Assembly: GCA_965649825.1 (NCBI GenBank)
Contig: OZ287698.1
Coordinates: 1,317,949 to 1,381,948 of the forward strand
Length of the DNA stretch: 64,000 bases
Direction of reading: 5' to 3'
DNA from: Penicillus capitatus
Lineage: Eukaryota; Plantae; Chlorophyta
Below, piece after piece: positions 32,566 through 44,400 of the stretch; the stretch's first letter is position 1; every line of letters begins with the position of its first letter. The position numbers and the translations under genes are program-made. A model generated the notes under the pieces. The model saw only the letters and a list, made by a program, of their open reading frames with translations. It had not been told where the DNA came from and searched no databases.

Positions 32566-33493
32566 ATGGATCTGCGTTTCGTTCTTCTTCTCTCTGTCCT
32601 GTCTGCAGCTGCTGCTTCCCCGGAAGAGAATTTCTTTTCCAGTGCGCGATCCACTCATCTGTCTGTTCACTAAAGTGTCGTGTTTTCGATGACAGAGGAC
32701 ATTGCATGTTCCGCCTGCAGAATCTACGAAGCCGTTTTCAACCAGACACTGCACAGTGCCGAATTGACGTACACGAGTTTCCTCGAGTTTACTGAAACGG
32801 TGAGATCTTTTGTGCATACTACTGGATGACATTCTGTGTCACATGTTGCAGTTCTGTGAAAGTGATATTCTTCCATTTTCGAAAGACTACTGCATCGACC
32901 AGATCTCCGCCTACAGTAACTCGCTGTCTCTGGAAACGACTCTTCGACAGAGATGGTGTCTGTCTGCAGAGGAGTTTTTAAGCGAGTCGACGTCGTTGAC
33001 AGAAGAAAGACCGATGTGCAAGATCCTCTTCGGATGCCAAGAGAACGATGAGATGAACAGACATCTCAGAATCCTTCCCGAAGAAACCACCTGCAATATC
33101 TGCAAGGTTTGGTGTCCGACAGATGACAGACAGGAGTTTCATATCTCTTCGCTCCACTTGTGTAGGGTGCGGCCCAGGCTGCCTTAAACTACCTCGAACT
33201 GGAAGAGACGATCATGTCGGGAATGGAAGGAGCGCGCACGCTCTGCAAGGAGATAGCTTTCATCGACACAGAAACCTGTGTGTCCTTCGTCGACTCTTCC
33301 GAAGCTCAGGTGTGTGTTTTCGACGTTATCCGACTGTTCGCTTTATGAATGCGCAATGTAGTTTACGGTACCTACTCCGAATGACATCTGCAGAATGGCG
33401 AGATTCTGCAACAGTACCTTGAATGAGCTGAAGACCGCATCATTGACGACTTCGCGCAAGTTCATGCACGGCAGCGTTCCGTTAGTGTACTGA
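32566..33493 (+). CDS. Secreted protein with two saposin B-like domains
   Basis: Signal peptide MDLRFVLLLSVLSAAAA. Spliced Cys patterns CSAC...FCESDILPFSKDYC...MCKILFGC and CNIC...LCKEIAFIDTETC...ICRMARFC. Confidence 0.75.
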
Positions 33494-33837
33494 ACGTGAA
33501 AAGCCTTTCTGATGATTACGTGGAGGGTGTCGGAACAGCCACGACGATGACTGTATCCATTGAGAAGTCACGTGCCATTGCGAAAGTCGAGGTTCTTTCG
33601 GCTAGATGAATGTGGGAACCGTATCCAACTGTTTTAAACTTTTAGTGGTAACCGTGTGAGGCTGAAAGACACGTCAGTCACATCCACCCTATCGCGCACC
33701 CCGCATCCATCGAACTGTTTCGACTGAGATGCCCATTTGCGGTTATTCTGCACCGTCTCGCTTCGGAACTTCTCTTTCCTCCGCGCTTACGCCTCCTGTC
33801 TGTCATCAGGATCTTCTTTCAGCTTCTAAGACCAGCA

Positions 33838-34792
33838 ATGCGATTCAAATCTCGTTCTCGGTCGCCGTCGTGGTCTGCGACGAAATCCGTGCAGTTCTTG
33901 CTTGTTACACTCTGTCTTCTCGCTGGTCTCGCCTATACCAGAGCAGCGAGTACTCTGCTGGCTCATTCAGCTATGTCAACGTATCACCCGGTTTCTGGCG
34001 TGTGCTACAGAAAACTCTGTGTGCTTGGATTGTGAGACACATGACTTCATCTTCCGTCGCGGCGTTCGACATATCGTAGACGAATTTGACCGTGCGATAG
34101 AAGAGGTGCGACCATCCTATTGTTAACCAGTCTTTCACTGTCCCATCAGTTTTGTCGCGAACTACCACAAGACCTTTCAGAACAGTGCAGTGAGGAGACA
34201 GCTGCATACCGTGAGGACCAAAAATTAAGTATCGGTTCCTTACTTTTGCCATCATTGTGCATCAGAGCGCGAGATCCACGAGAGGATGAATCAGCTGACA
34301 TCTCACTCTACGTGCTCTCCTGTTTTTGACTGTGACAGCGAGAAGACATTTGAGAAGGGATTCGCCGCCAATTCGGCATTCTTCAAAGGCCGCTTGTGTT
34401 TTCTATGCAAAGTACCTCCACTCCAGTCCATCTTCTGCTTCGAAGGCGATAACCATGCCACTCAGATCGCGTTAAGTGTCGCTACAGAGGATATCGCACT
34501 GTCACCGGCTGTCAAAGAACTCATTGAAGAATCTTTGAAGGAGTACTGTCGACATTCAGCTTCGGAAGATCGGGATAAGTGCTACAAACGTATCGATCAG
34601 TTTAGCAAGAGGGTCCGTTGCTTTTTATCTCATGCCTATCTCTATGCTGTCTTTCTTTTCGTAGGTCCTGGACCCGACAGTGACGGATTACTGTATGTGG
34701 TTCAAGTTCTGCAAACCCGACATGGGTATTTCTCATGTCTCCACCTGAATTGCTGTCCGTGGAGAATCTGGCGAGCGATGGGACTGAAATGA
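33838..34792 (+). CDS. Second secreted two-saposin-domain protein (divergent tandem neighbour)
   Basis: Hydrophobic N-terminus QFLLVTLCLLAGLA. Spliced CLDC...FCRELPQDLSEQC...TCSPVFDC and CFLC...YCRHSASEDRDKC...SCLHLNC. Confidence 0.65.
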
Positions 34793-35243
34793 CCCATGCA
34801 GTTCAATACCAATCTCCTCGTCAGCGATAATATTTCATCTCCTGTCCCGGTTGTGGACTCAGAAACTGTTTGTTAGCGCAGTTCAGTTTCGCCAATTTGA
34901 TCTTCTGTCTATCAAACAGAAAGAACACTGTGGCTGCACACGCTGTAGAGCTGCTATACAACGTGTGCCTCCCGTAGAAGATTGTCATTTGCGTCCGTCT
35001 TGAGAATCTTCCGCGAGTTTTCTCTGCTCTATAGTGACAGGCGTTATTGTGTTTCAAATTGCCGTGAACGATACTTTCGTTTTGCAGAGTACTCGATAGA
35101 CAGCAGATCTGAGCACCGAAACCGCTAGAAGGCAGCGATCGCCGAAGAACGAATCTCGAACTCGAACGCGATTAACACTCTCTCCGGACACTGTGGATTC
35201 TTTCGCTATCTATCCTGCCAGTGTCACATTTTCTCTCTCAAAG

Positions 35244-35318
35244 CCGGCAGGTAGATTACAGTACCACGTGCCCGTCGCATCAGCGTCCGGCAGGTAGATT
35301 ACAGTACCACGTGCCCGT
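35244..35318. repeat. Direct repeat: two identical 32-bp copies, period 43 bp
   Basis: CCGGCAGGTAGATTACAGTACCACGTGCCCGT at 35244-35275 and 35287-35318. Confidence 0.9.
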
Positions 35319-36707
35319 TGTCACTATCATACGATAAAATGGGGGATAATGACGTTGTGAGATTGTCGTAGAGGACAGCTGTTAGCCTCGCTGTCGTACC
35401 ATCTAGACAGCCGTACCCTTCTGGGTCACATCAACAACTAGATACTTATACGCGCCCCTGTATGGAACTCTGTCTCGTTTGTAATCCATCTCTGTGTTTG
35501 TGGCATCCTACCTCGACGGAGATTATCGGAAAATGGCTTCGATGGTCAACGAATTGATGCGACAATTACTGTGAAAAAGACCATGAAACTGTTTGTGCAT
35601 TTTACTTTTAAGAAACTCTCCTTTTCGAGGTTATTTCATCGCGATTTCCGACAGAGATCTGTTTGACTGTAAGATCTTTGCGTTTACGTGCGTTCGTTCG
35701 ACAAGGCAGTGACATGGCTTCGGAGCGTCGGTCCATAATGCAGCGCACTTTACACGTTTTAGCACTCCTTGTGCTGTCTGTGGTAGGTGGAAAGGAATTG
35801 TGGAGCAAGCGCATGCGAAATCCACTGTGGAGCAGAAAATGAAGCCGGATGACCTAACCGCCAAGAAATATTCGAGACCTTTCCTCGTAATGAGCTCGCG
35901 ATCGAGCAATTGCAGGAAGGATTTAACAATGCCAAGGGAGCGGCGCCCATGCTGCTTTAGAGGCATGCTGCTGTACCTTTCATGTAGTTAGGCGGTTGGC
36001 CTTCCGAATACGCTGTTCGATGATTTCTGTTCTTCATGAGTTCGTGATTCCGCCCGAGGCGACGGAGGGATGTTTGGCTTCCGCCACCGAAAGAGCCATT
36101 TACGTTATATCGAAGCTCTACCCTCGGCGCCGCAGTAGGTTTGAGAGTGTTTGGGCTTTTCGGGCCGCAGGACGCCGCCGAACGTTGCATCATTCTACGT
36201 GGCCTAAAAAACCGGCCTCTTGACCACCGAATCACCGAAGCTGCAATGTTCACTTATCTCGAATCGAAAGTGAACGGCGAAGTTATCCGAGCAAGAAAGG
36301 TGAACGTGAAAAGATGACGGACGGAGAGATACTAGAAATGGATGATGGCTACAGAGTACGGCGATTTGCGCCGAGTAGTACTCAGCGACATGGATGCTCT
36401 CGGAAAGCGCATCGACGAAACATGCAAATGTAAGATCCCGTCAGATGCGAGATGCAGCGAAGCGGGTAAGCAGTCGTGCACTCCAGATTATCTCTGGGCA
36501 ATCGCTCTGGGACAGTGTTGTGACAGGCACCCGCGTTGTACCTCCGTCGTGATACCTAGCCGCACAGAATTCGCATTTTGAATCATGCTTCGTTGCACAC
36601 AGACCATGATGAGAGCTCCGTGGCTTCTGCAATGTCCGGATCGATCTCCATCGGCGTGAACTATACCCCAAATCTCTCACACTTTATCAGTCAAAAGAGT
36701 GAAACAA

Positions 36708-37160
36708 TCATACTTCTGGATGGAAGACATAAGGTATGTCGATGCCAGCGTCCCCGTCCGGCACAAGATCAACAGTCGAATTCTTCCTTAGTACCATTTC
36801 AAAGTTGGTGGGGAAGTCTTTAAAGCACTGAACATGAATCCATAAGTTAGTGAGAGAAGTGCAAGATGTTAACATACCTTATGCCGTATCATATGAATAT
36901 CGGCTTTTGAGATCTTGTAGACTTTCCCCACCCTAATTCTCTCATAAAACGCCGCCGCTACTTCATTGAAGGCTGCACATCGCATTTGCCCTCTCTGGGC
37001 GTCCAACAGATAAAATGAAAACAATCTTCCTGCAGAATAAACATCACATCGCATCTCTTCTATGATATATGCTTGTACCCTTCCCTCGTTGAGTGTCATA
37101 GTTCTTCATCTGCGTCTTGTACGTGTACCTTGCCAGACTCTTCCATTGCACTGAGCAAAT
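36708..37160 (-). CDS. RPA1 (RPA70) DBD-A-like OB-fold exons; 5' extent unresolved, possibly to about 38050
   Basis: Spliced QWKSLARYTYKTQMKNYDTQRGK-GRLFSFYLLDAQRGQMRCAAFNEVAAAFYERIRVGKVYKISK-...NFEMVLRKNSTV, with a stop at 36708. Confidence 0.7.
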
Positions 37161-38406
37161 GTTCAGTTAGCACAAAGGTGCGACGCAATCATCGCTAGCC
37201 ACCGGCCTGGCCGCAGCATAGTTTTCACTACCGGGCAGCATTTGAGTCGTCACCGGTCCGCTCGCCGTGGCGTAGAACCTCGGATGTCTGATCATCGATA
37301 AGTGTCGGAAGGCACGGCAGGCAAGAAGGACAAGTACCCTACGCAGAAGACACTATTGCTGTCAATTTCAACCCGAGTACACACGCATTTTTGTCCTCCG
37401 GTGTCAGAAGAGATCCTGTATCCAGTGGCCTCGACCACTGTTCCCTGCAGAGCAGCAACGCTGCATGTCGACCGCAGCAACGTCCTGGAAGCCGGCGTTT
37501 CAACGTATGCCGGGATACTGTAAATGCCATCGCTGACGACTGCAAAAAGCACCTCACTGCGACGTTCTCTCTCTCATCTGCTCTACACCTGCACCCGATT
37601 CCATCGAAGTCGGACGGTCTCCCAACGGGAACTTCAATCGGAAGCAGAACAACCCCAACCCCTCTGGAATGCCCCAGACCCGCTTGCGGCATTTCTAGCA
37701 GAAATCGCTCAAGAATGGCAGCACCAAGGATGAAGACGGTGCTAAAATGCAACAAGGGCCATGTTGATGTTCTCCTGAAAGACTAGACTCGGACCTCTCT
37801 GATATTTAACCTGAAAAGGGGATGTAAGCGCCACCAGCTTTGTTTTATTGTAAGGCGTCTTCAGCGCTGTTGGTGTCGACGAGCTTGTCTTTGGACAACT
37901 ATCATTCCGCAAAATATGTGTTGGCTGGAGGTCCGATGTGACGTACAGTGAGATGGTATTGGCCACGAACCTGATTCAAGGTCAGCAGACAGAATGGGCT
38001 CCTTCCTGTCAAACGCCATCCCGGCGAAAAACTCTTTGGCATTCACATCCATCTAGCAGCACCTTCAACGGATCTCTTGGATCGATGGCGACGTGAAGAA
38101 GAAGTCATATCACGTGGCACCGTATGCGTTAAATGACGTTTCATTCAGCGCTAAACAATCATCCGATCAAAAGTAACTTCACTCATGTTCTCATCAACTC
38201 TGCAAAAGGAGGAGAAATAATCATCGAAAGAGTTAGCTCTTCTAACCATTAAGTCAAAACAAAAACGTTAGAATTTGGTGCCATCGCAGATGAGATTTTC
38301 AGGCCAAGATTCTTCCATTCACGCTTCAATGCTTTCTGATTTGAACAAACATAACAAAGAAGATAACGGTCATAAAATTGGGAAGAACGCGTGTCTAGTG
38401 CAACAG

Positions 38407-41400
38407 CTATAGAAAGTTCATGATTATGACATCCGAGCACATGTTGCCAATGATTGCTCCGAATTGTTCGGTGACGACTTCAGATGTTGAAGAGGTGCCC
38501 TCGGGTGGCACTAGGTCTCTGGATTCCAAACGGTATTTCCCTTCATCGTAGCATTCCTTTAATCTCTCAATCATAATATCAGTGTCTTCGGTGATTCTGC
38601 TGAAAAGCAAATGGATGTTCTTCTCTCTCAGTTTCTTCATTAAGGTTTCGACAGTGAGTCCAAAGGGATCGCCACGTGGAAATCTGTATGTAAGAGTTGT
38701 AAAAAAGCAGCAGTCAATGTTTACGAACGATCACCTGTCGCTGATATTGCTCCCATGGAGATCTGTTCCATGTCCTGGAGCATCGGCGATAAGAATGCAG
38801 AATTTCACCTTACTGCTCCATCCTTTTAAGTCTGCTGCAGCGTTTAGGCCTCCAAGAACGTCTTCGGCCGTGTCCCCTCCTCCGTCCGCTTTCTGCTTTG
38901 AGAGAAACTCGCGCAGGTTGTTAGTTCCTCGAGTAAAAGGACAACGACATATCTGTTCATCGCCGTCTCCATAATCTCTGTACGCCACCATACCGAAATT
39001 GAAAACCAATTCCACAGGGGAATGCTTTTCCTGAATATTCGCGAAGATAGTGTCACAAATGATCTAGATATCACAAAGAAAAAAAATCAAAGATGGACAA
39101 TCAAGGTAAGCATCTTACGTGGATCTGTTCGACAGCAGCATTCATCCATGGTGACATAGATCCAGTGCAATCCATGCAGAAGCAAATATCCACAGTAAAC
39201 ATAGAAGGTCTGTTTCCACGTATTAATCGCGCTTCTCGCTCTTGGCGCATGCGTGCCAATATAGAAAACACTGCATCGTGCTCCTCAAGAATGTCTCTGA
39301 CGGATTCGTTGGTGCTTTCTGGGAGAAGGCGAAGATTCAACCAGGTCATAGGATCCCCAAGGCTGGCATTCTGCTTCAAAGCTATAGTCTGCATGGCATT
39401 CCTCATTCGTTCGATGGCATTTGGTAACAAATGAGGAAAGGCTGCTGCAATCCACTTGTTGTAGCAGCTCTCGACAAAGGAAACTTCCGGGCCGACGCTG
39501 ATGGCCAGAACATCTATTCCAGAAGCTTCCAGCTTGGTTAGCGCAGCAGCGAGTCGTACACCAGAGCTTCCATATCCATCTGTTACGATAAAGATCTTCT
39601 TGGGTCCTCTTACGTTACTGGATTCCAATAGTTCTGCCGCGAAGAGCAGTGCATCGGCATCCATGGTCGCAGGTTCGTGTATCATCTCTACAGTCTTCAT
39701 GAGCATGGCCACGCATACATCTTCCCACACCATATCGGGTAGTTTAATAGGATAGATCTGTTCGGCAAACAGAATCACAGAAAAGGTTTCAATGTTCATC
39801 TGCTGAAGCGCCCCGATCATCAAGAAGAGCGTTTCCAGAGCGCAAGCCTGGTTGACGCTGTGCTTCATGGAGACAGAGATATCCAGGAGGAGCACGATAG
39901 CATACTCGGACTTGCCGCCGCCCTTCTTGTTTGCAAAGATCTTCTTTTCACTTCCTTGGGTTGCCAGGTGCTTGATGTATCCAGGAATGTGGATTGTTGG
40001 CCCATTCACGTCTGCTCTCTTTCTGGTGTAGACGTTCTGTGGAAGATAGCTCTCCAATGCTTCTATCACACGACTCATCTCCGATCCCAGTCGTTCTGCG
40101 GCCTGCATCCAAGCCGTTTCTGCCGTCTTCAGATGCTCTCTCATTGCTGAATTGGTCAACATGGTGTCATATTGCCTCTGGAGCGTTTCTGACAATGTTT
40201 CAATGTCGACTGGAAACGGCTTCATCTCTTCCTTAATCAGTCTACTCATCTCTTCTGTGAAGGGTATACAATCTGGACGATAGTCGCATTCAAAGAAGCT
40301 TTCCCTTGTGAAATGTCGCGGCAACATAGGCAACATGTTTGTCCCAAAATTTGAGCAGACGGCATCGAAGTCAACGGCCGAGAAGTCTGTCTCCGAAACG
40401 TTGCATACGATTGGGACGGATTTCATTCCATTTTCTGACAAAGCAGAGTTTTTAATGCTGTTGTGAATGCCACACATCTGCTGTTCCATCAGACTGACAA
40501 GAATTTTTGGCAGTGAATCAATGTTCCTCACATGGAGCATTTCGAACTGCGCACCCACACTTTTCCACAGTGCTCTTATTGAGCTCATCAAATCCTTCTG
40601 CAGATCGTCATGGATGTTGAGAACTGCCAGGCTAAAGTCTTTTTCTCTGCACACAGACAGATAGTCTTCTCTTCGTCGTTCTTGCGTCAAGCCGTCGACG
40701 ATCATAAGCATCACTCTGTGGCACTGGCCCTTCTCTTCACCGGAGAGGCCTGAAGGCCACACCTTTTGAGCCACGTTCTTGATAGCTGATGCAGGGAATG
40801 TCCCTTCATCGAAAGTGAAAGAGTCGATGATCTGCTGACCGACGTTGATAGTGAACGGATCTTTCATCAGCTTCTGCATTCTTTGAGAAGTGCTGTCACC
40901 AAAGAGTGCCACCGCAAAACAGAACTCCAGTCTGCGAAGCATCTCCATTACCAGAACAAGGGCTTCTTTCGTTTGGTGCTCTTTCGTGATCATGGATCCT
41001 GAGTTATCGACAAGAAGACACCACTCGATAATGTGTCGTTCAGCAGAAGCTTTATACAGCGCCGTCTGACTTTTTTCCAAGCCGCGCATGATTGTCTTCA
41101 GGCATTTAGCAAAAACAGCGTTATCCAGAAGCAATTGATACGTCCAGTTGTCGTGGCGTGATGGTTCTATATGGACTGGATCTTCTACTTCGTGAGTCTT
41201 CGTCGCAGCGCTGATCTCTTGTTTCTGATCACAGAGAGATGAAATACTGCGCATCTCTTCTACTTGTCTACGAGTAGCTTCGCGGCTAGACCCTCCGGCT
41301 TTTACAAGGATCATGGCCGAATCATTATCCACAGCCCCAGTGAAGAGGTCGGGCTGTTCACGGAGGTCTTCGATCTTTTGGATTCTCCCACCAGAAGGGG

Positions 41401-44400
41401 CAGTTTGGCCTAGCACACCTATGGTGTTCCATGCCATATGCTCTGGGAGCTTGAATGTCCTTGTCTCTTGGGGATCGTTAGCTATATCATCCATTGATCC
41501 TGCTCTACTTCTTGGTGTCCAGATTCGCGCATTTGAGTCGATCTTGATGTCCATTGTCGCATCCAACAACACAGGACATCTTCTTGTGCTCCGAGATCCA
41601 TCCATCACGGCCGTTGACGTCAAGAAACCATAGAAACTGGATCTCTCCGGAAGTTGATCGGAGCCATCTTGCTCGTCGACTTTGAAACGGGGATTTTGGT
41701 GTTTTTGCAATTTTCGAGGGAGACCATAGATGATCGATTTTCCTTGAGTTGAATTTGAAAGGTAATCGTTTGTTGGTGGCATATTGAAGTCTATGGTGTA
41801 TCCGTGGAATGCATCTGCAGCTTCGGCCTCTTCCAGAAGATCTTTAACTTCATCTGAGAGCGTCTTCCTGGGAATTGCATTCAAACAATGCACAACTCTG
41901 CAGCAGACAAGTTGCACAGTGTCTGGTATTTGAAGGAGGCTAAAATCATCCAAGTATTTCCGCAAAAATTGAAAAAGAAAGACAATATCGATGCCTCCAC
42001 AGACAACACGACTTTCAAAGTCCTTTCCTTCCTTCTCCTTCAGACGGCGACAAAAGCGAATGGCCTCTTCAAATAGAGAACACCACTGCTCGGTTATTTC
42101 TTTCAGATAGCTAACTGCAGTCGCGATATCTCTAAATGTAACAGTAATTAGATTGCCATTTTCAGTGATACTCTTTATGAAGTCTTGGATCTTGAGCCGT
42201 CTAGCGATATGTTCAATTGTGGACTCCACGGTCTCGAGACTCTGAAAAAAAGTCGGAGGCAAACTGATAGATTGCTCTACTACATCGTCCGAGTCTGTTT
42301 GATCTGATCCACTTTCCACAGTAGAATCTCGTGAGGCATTTTCTGACAAAAAATTGAGTTGACTGCCTGGGATACTGAGTGATGACAAAAACCACTTCTT
42401 ATTACTGCCATCTTTCGAAACAACAGTATTGATTTCTTGGGGCATGACCTCATCCGGTTGCACTTCAAACGCGTTTTCTGTCTCAATGTCGTCATCTTCA
42501 TCGCTAACTTCTACTCGATACGGTATAGGTGAGAAGCGGGCTTCCTCACATTCGAATTTCACAGGTCGAGCTTCGTGGAGAGCGTTTTTCTCTTTCCAGA
42601 GTTCTTCTCTAATGAATCGATGCAATGAAAGAAGAAGTGTCATCTTACCGAAGACACGCGCTTCATTGGACAACTGATCAGGAATGGAACAAGTACAGAA
42701 GCTGAAAAAGATCTCTTTCAGGACGTCGCTTTTCTTCTCGTACTGGCTCCAGTTTCCAAAAGATGCGATTTGATCAATAAATGACTTTATTTCGAGAAGT
42801 CCAGAGAGTGTCATTCTTCTATCTTTTTCTATGTGACAGACGGATTTTTTGCCTTTTGCGATCTTCAACAGACAGATGAGTGTATCAAAAGCTTCTTTAT
42901 CGTATATCTTGTAGATCTCTTGTTCAGTTTCTTCGTCGATGACCACGGCGTCATTCATGACTTGCTTCAGCGCGTGGACGAGTAAAGAATGATGCTTCTC
43001 AGGTAAGACTGCCTCTATAATCTCCCTTTTGAAGTTCTTATCGCCTCGGATTTCTTCCACAAGATCCAGAACCTTGTAAAGCCTGTCCGCGTTTGAGGTT
43101 TCCTTGGCAAGAATCTTGCAGAGAGAAAGGACGCCGTCCCATGAGAAGTTTGCTGCCACCCCTTTCAACCCATTGATCACTTCAGGTTTCACAATAACCA
43201 CATCCTTTAGAGATGCGACAAACTGAAGGACTCTCGAGGCTAATTCGAATGGATTAGTGGAGCTCGAAAGATTCTCAGGACTGAGAGCATTCAGAGCCTG
43301 CTCGAGAGATCCTGCCTTCTTGTCCAAAAGCGCTTTCTGTTCTCCATCGCTGCTTTTCAGATCGAACCACGCAAGAACAAGGTTCTTGAGTGGATGTACA
43401 AGCGCATGACTTCCTTCGAGGACGAGGTTCGTAATCGTTGACAAGATATCATTGACGGCTTGCCGACGAGAAGGATTTCCCATTTCACTTAGTCTTCTAG
43501 GGATCCGTATATCTGGGTAACGTGCATTGTTCATGATCCTCAAGACATTGTCTTTGAGTGATGCTAGGCTCTCATTTGAAATGCCAATGTCATCCAATTG
43601 CCCAAAGAATGATTGGATAACGATGTGTTGGATGTGTCGCCTTCTCTGCTGTACGGATCTATAATCAGTCGAGTGGAGCAGCGATAGTGGATTCACGAGG
43701 TCTTCAAGATTCTCCCTCCGCAGGATCTCCCGTGTGATTTTCGTTGAATCCGTGGGAGTGTTCACCACACCAACAGGATTGTCAGAATCCTGCTTCCTGG
43801 ACAGCAGCGTATTTATCAGGTGATGTACAATTGCATTCACAGATCCGTTGCTTCCACTTCGTGCCAATGCGCAAAATGCATCAAAGACACCTCCTGCAGT
43901 CTTGGAACATAAGCCTTCTATCACTCCTTGCGTCTCGGCGTTCACCAGGAAATGTCTGAGGACATCAAGATCGATTTCTTCTACACTCCATGTCTTCAAT
44001 GTCATCAAATTCAGAATGACTTCTGGCATGGCGATACGGCGTAGTTTAGTTAAGCTCTTTTCAATTTTTTGACCAAAAAGTTCGCACTCTCGAACCCCGT
44101 CTCCACACTTCACCAGATTTTCGAGCACATCAAGAAACTCAACACGTTCGTTCAGGTTACGCACGAGTATCTTTTTCAATCGCTGGACGCAATTCGCAAT
44201 AGTCTGTCCTCCTTCTTGGCTGCCTTCCCACATCTCTCTGCAGAATTTATCGAACAGAGCTGCCGTCGATACTTCTGATATGCTATCACTGAGGCATGCA
44301 ACTGCGGCATTCCATTGCTGGTCTTCTTGGCAGTCTGCTCGCAGCATGTACAGAGCCACGCTTATTCTTTGATGGAGAGGTGAAAGATCATCAAGGAAGA

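Noticed and set aside
35244-35318. CRISPR-like repeat
   Set aside because: Only two copies, an 11-nt spacer, eukaryotic context and no cas genes.
35500-36600. Possible multi-exon gene on + (fragments such as EYGDLRRVVLSDMDALGKRIDET)
   Set aside because: No consistent splice model or family could be established; it may still be a real gene.
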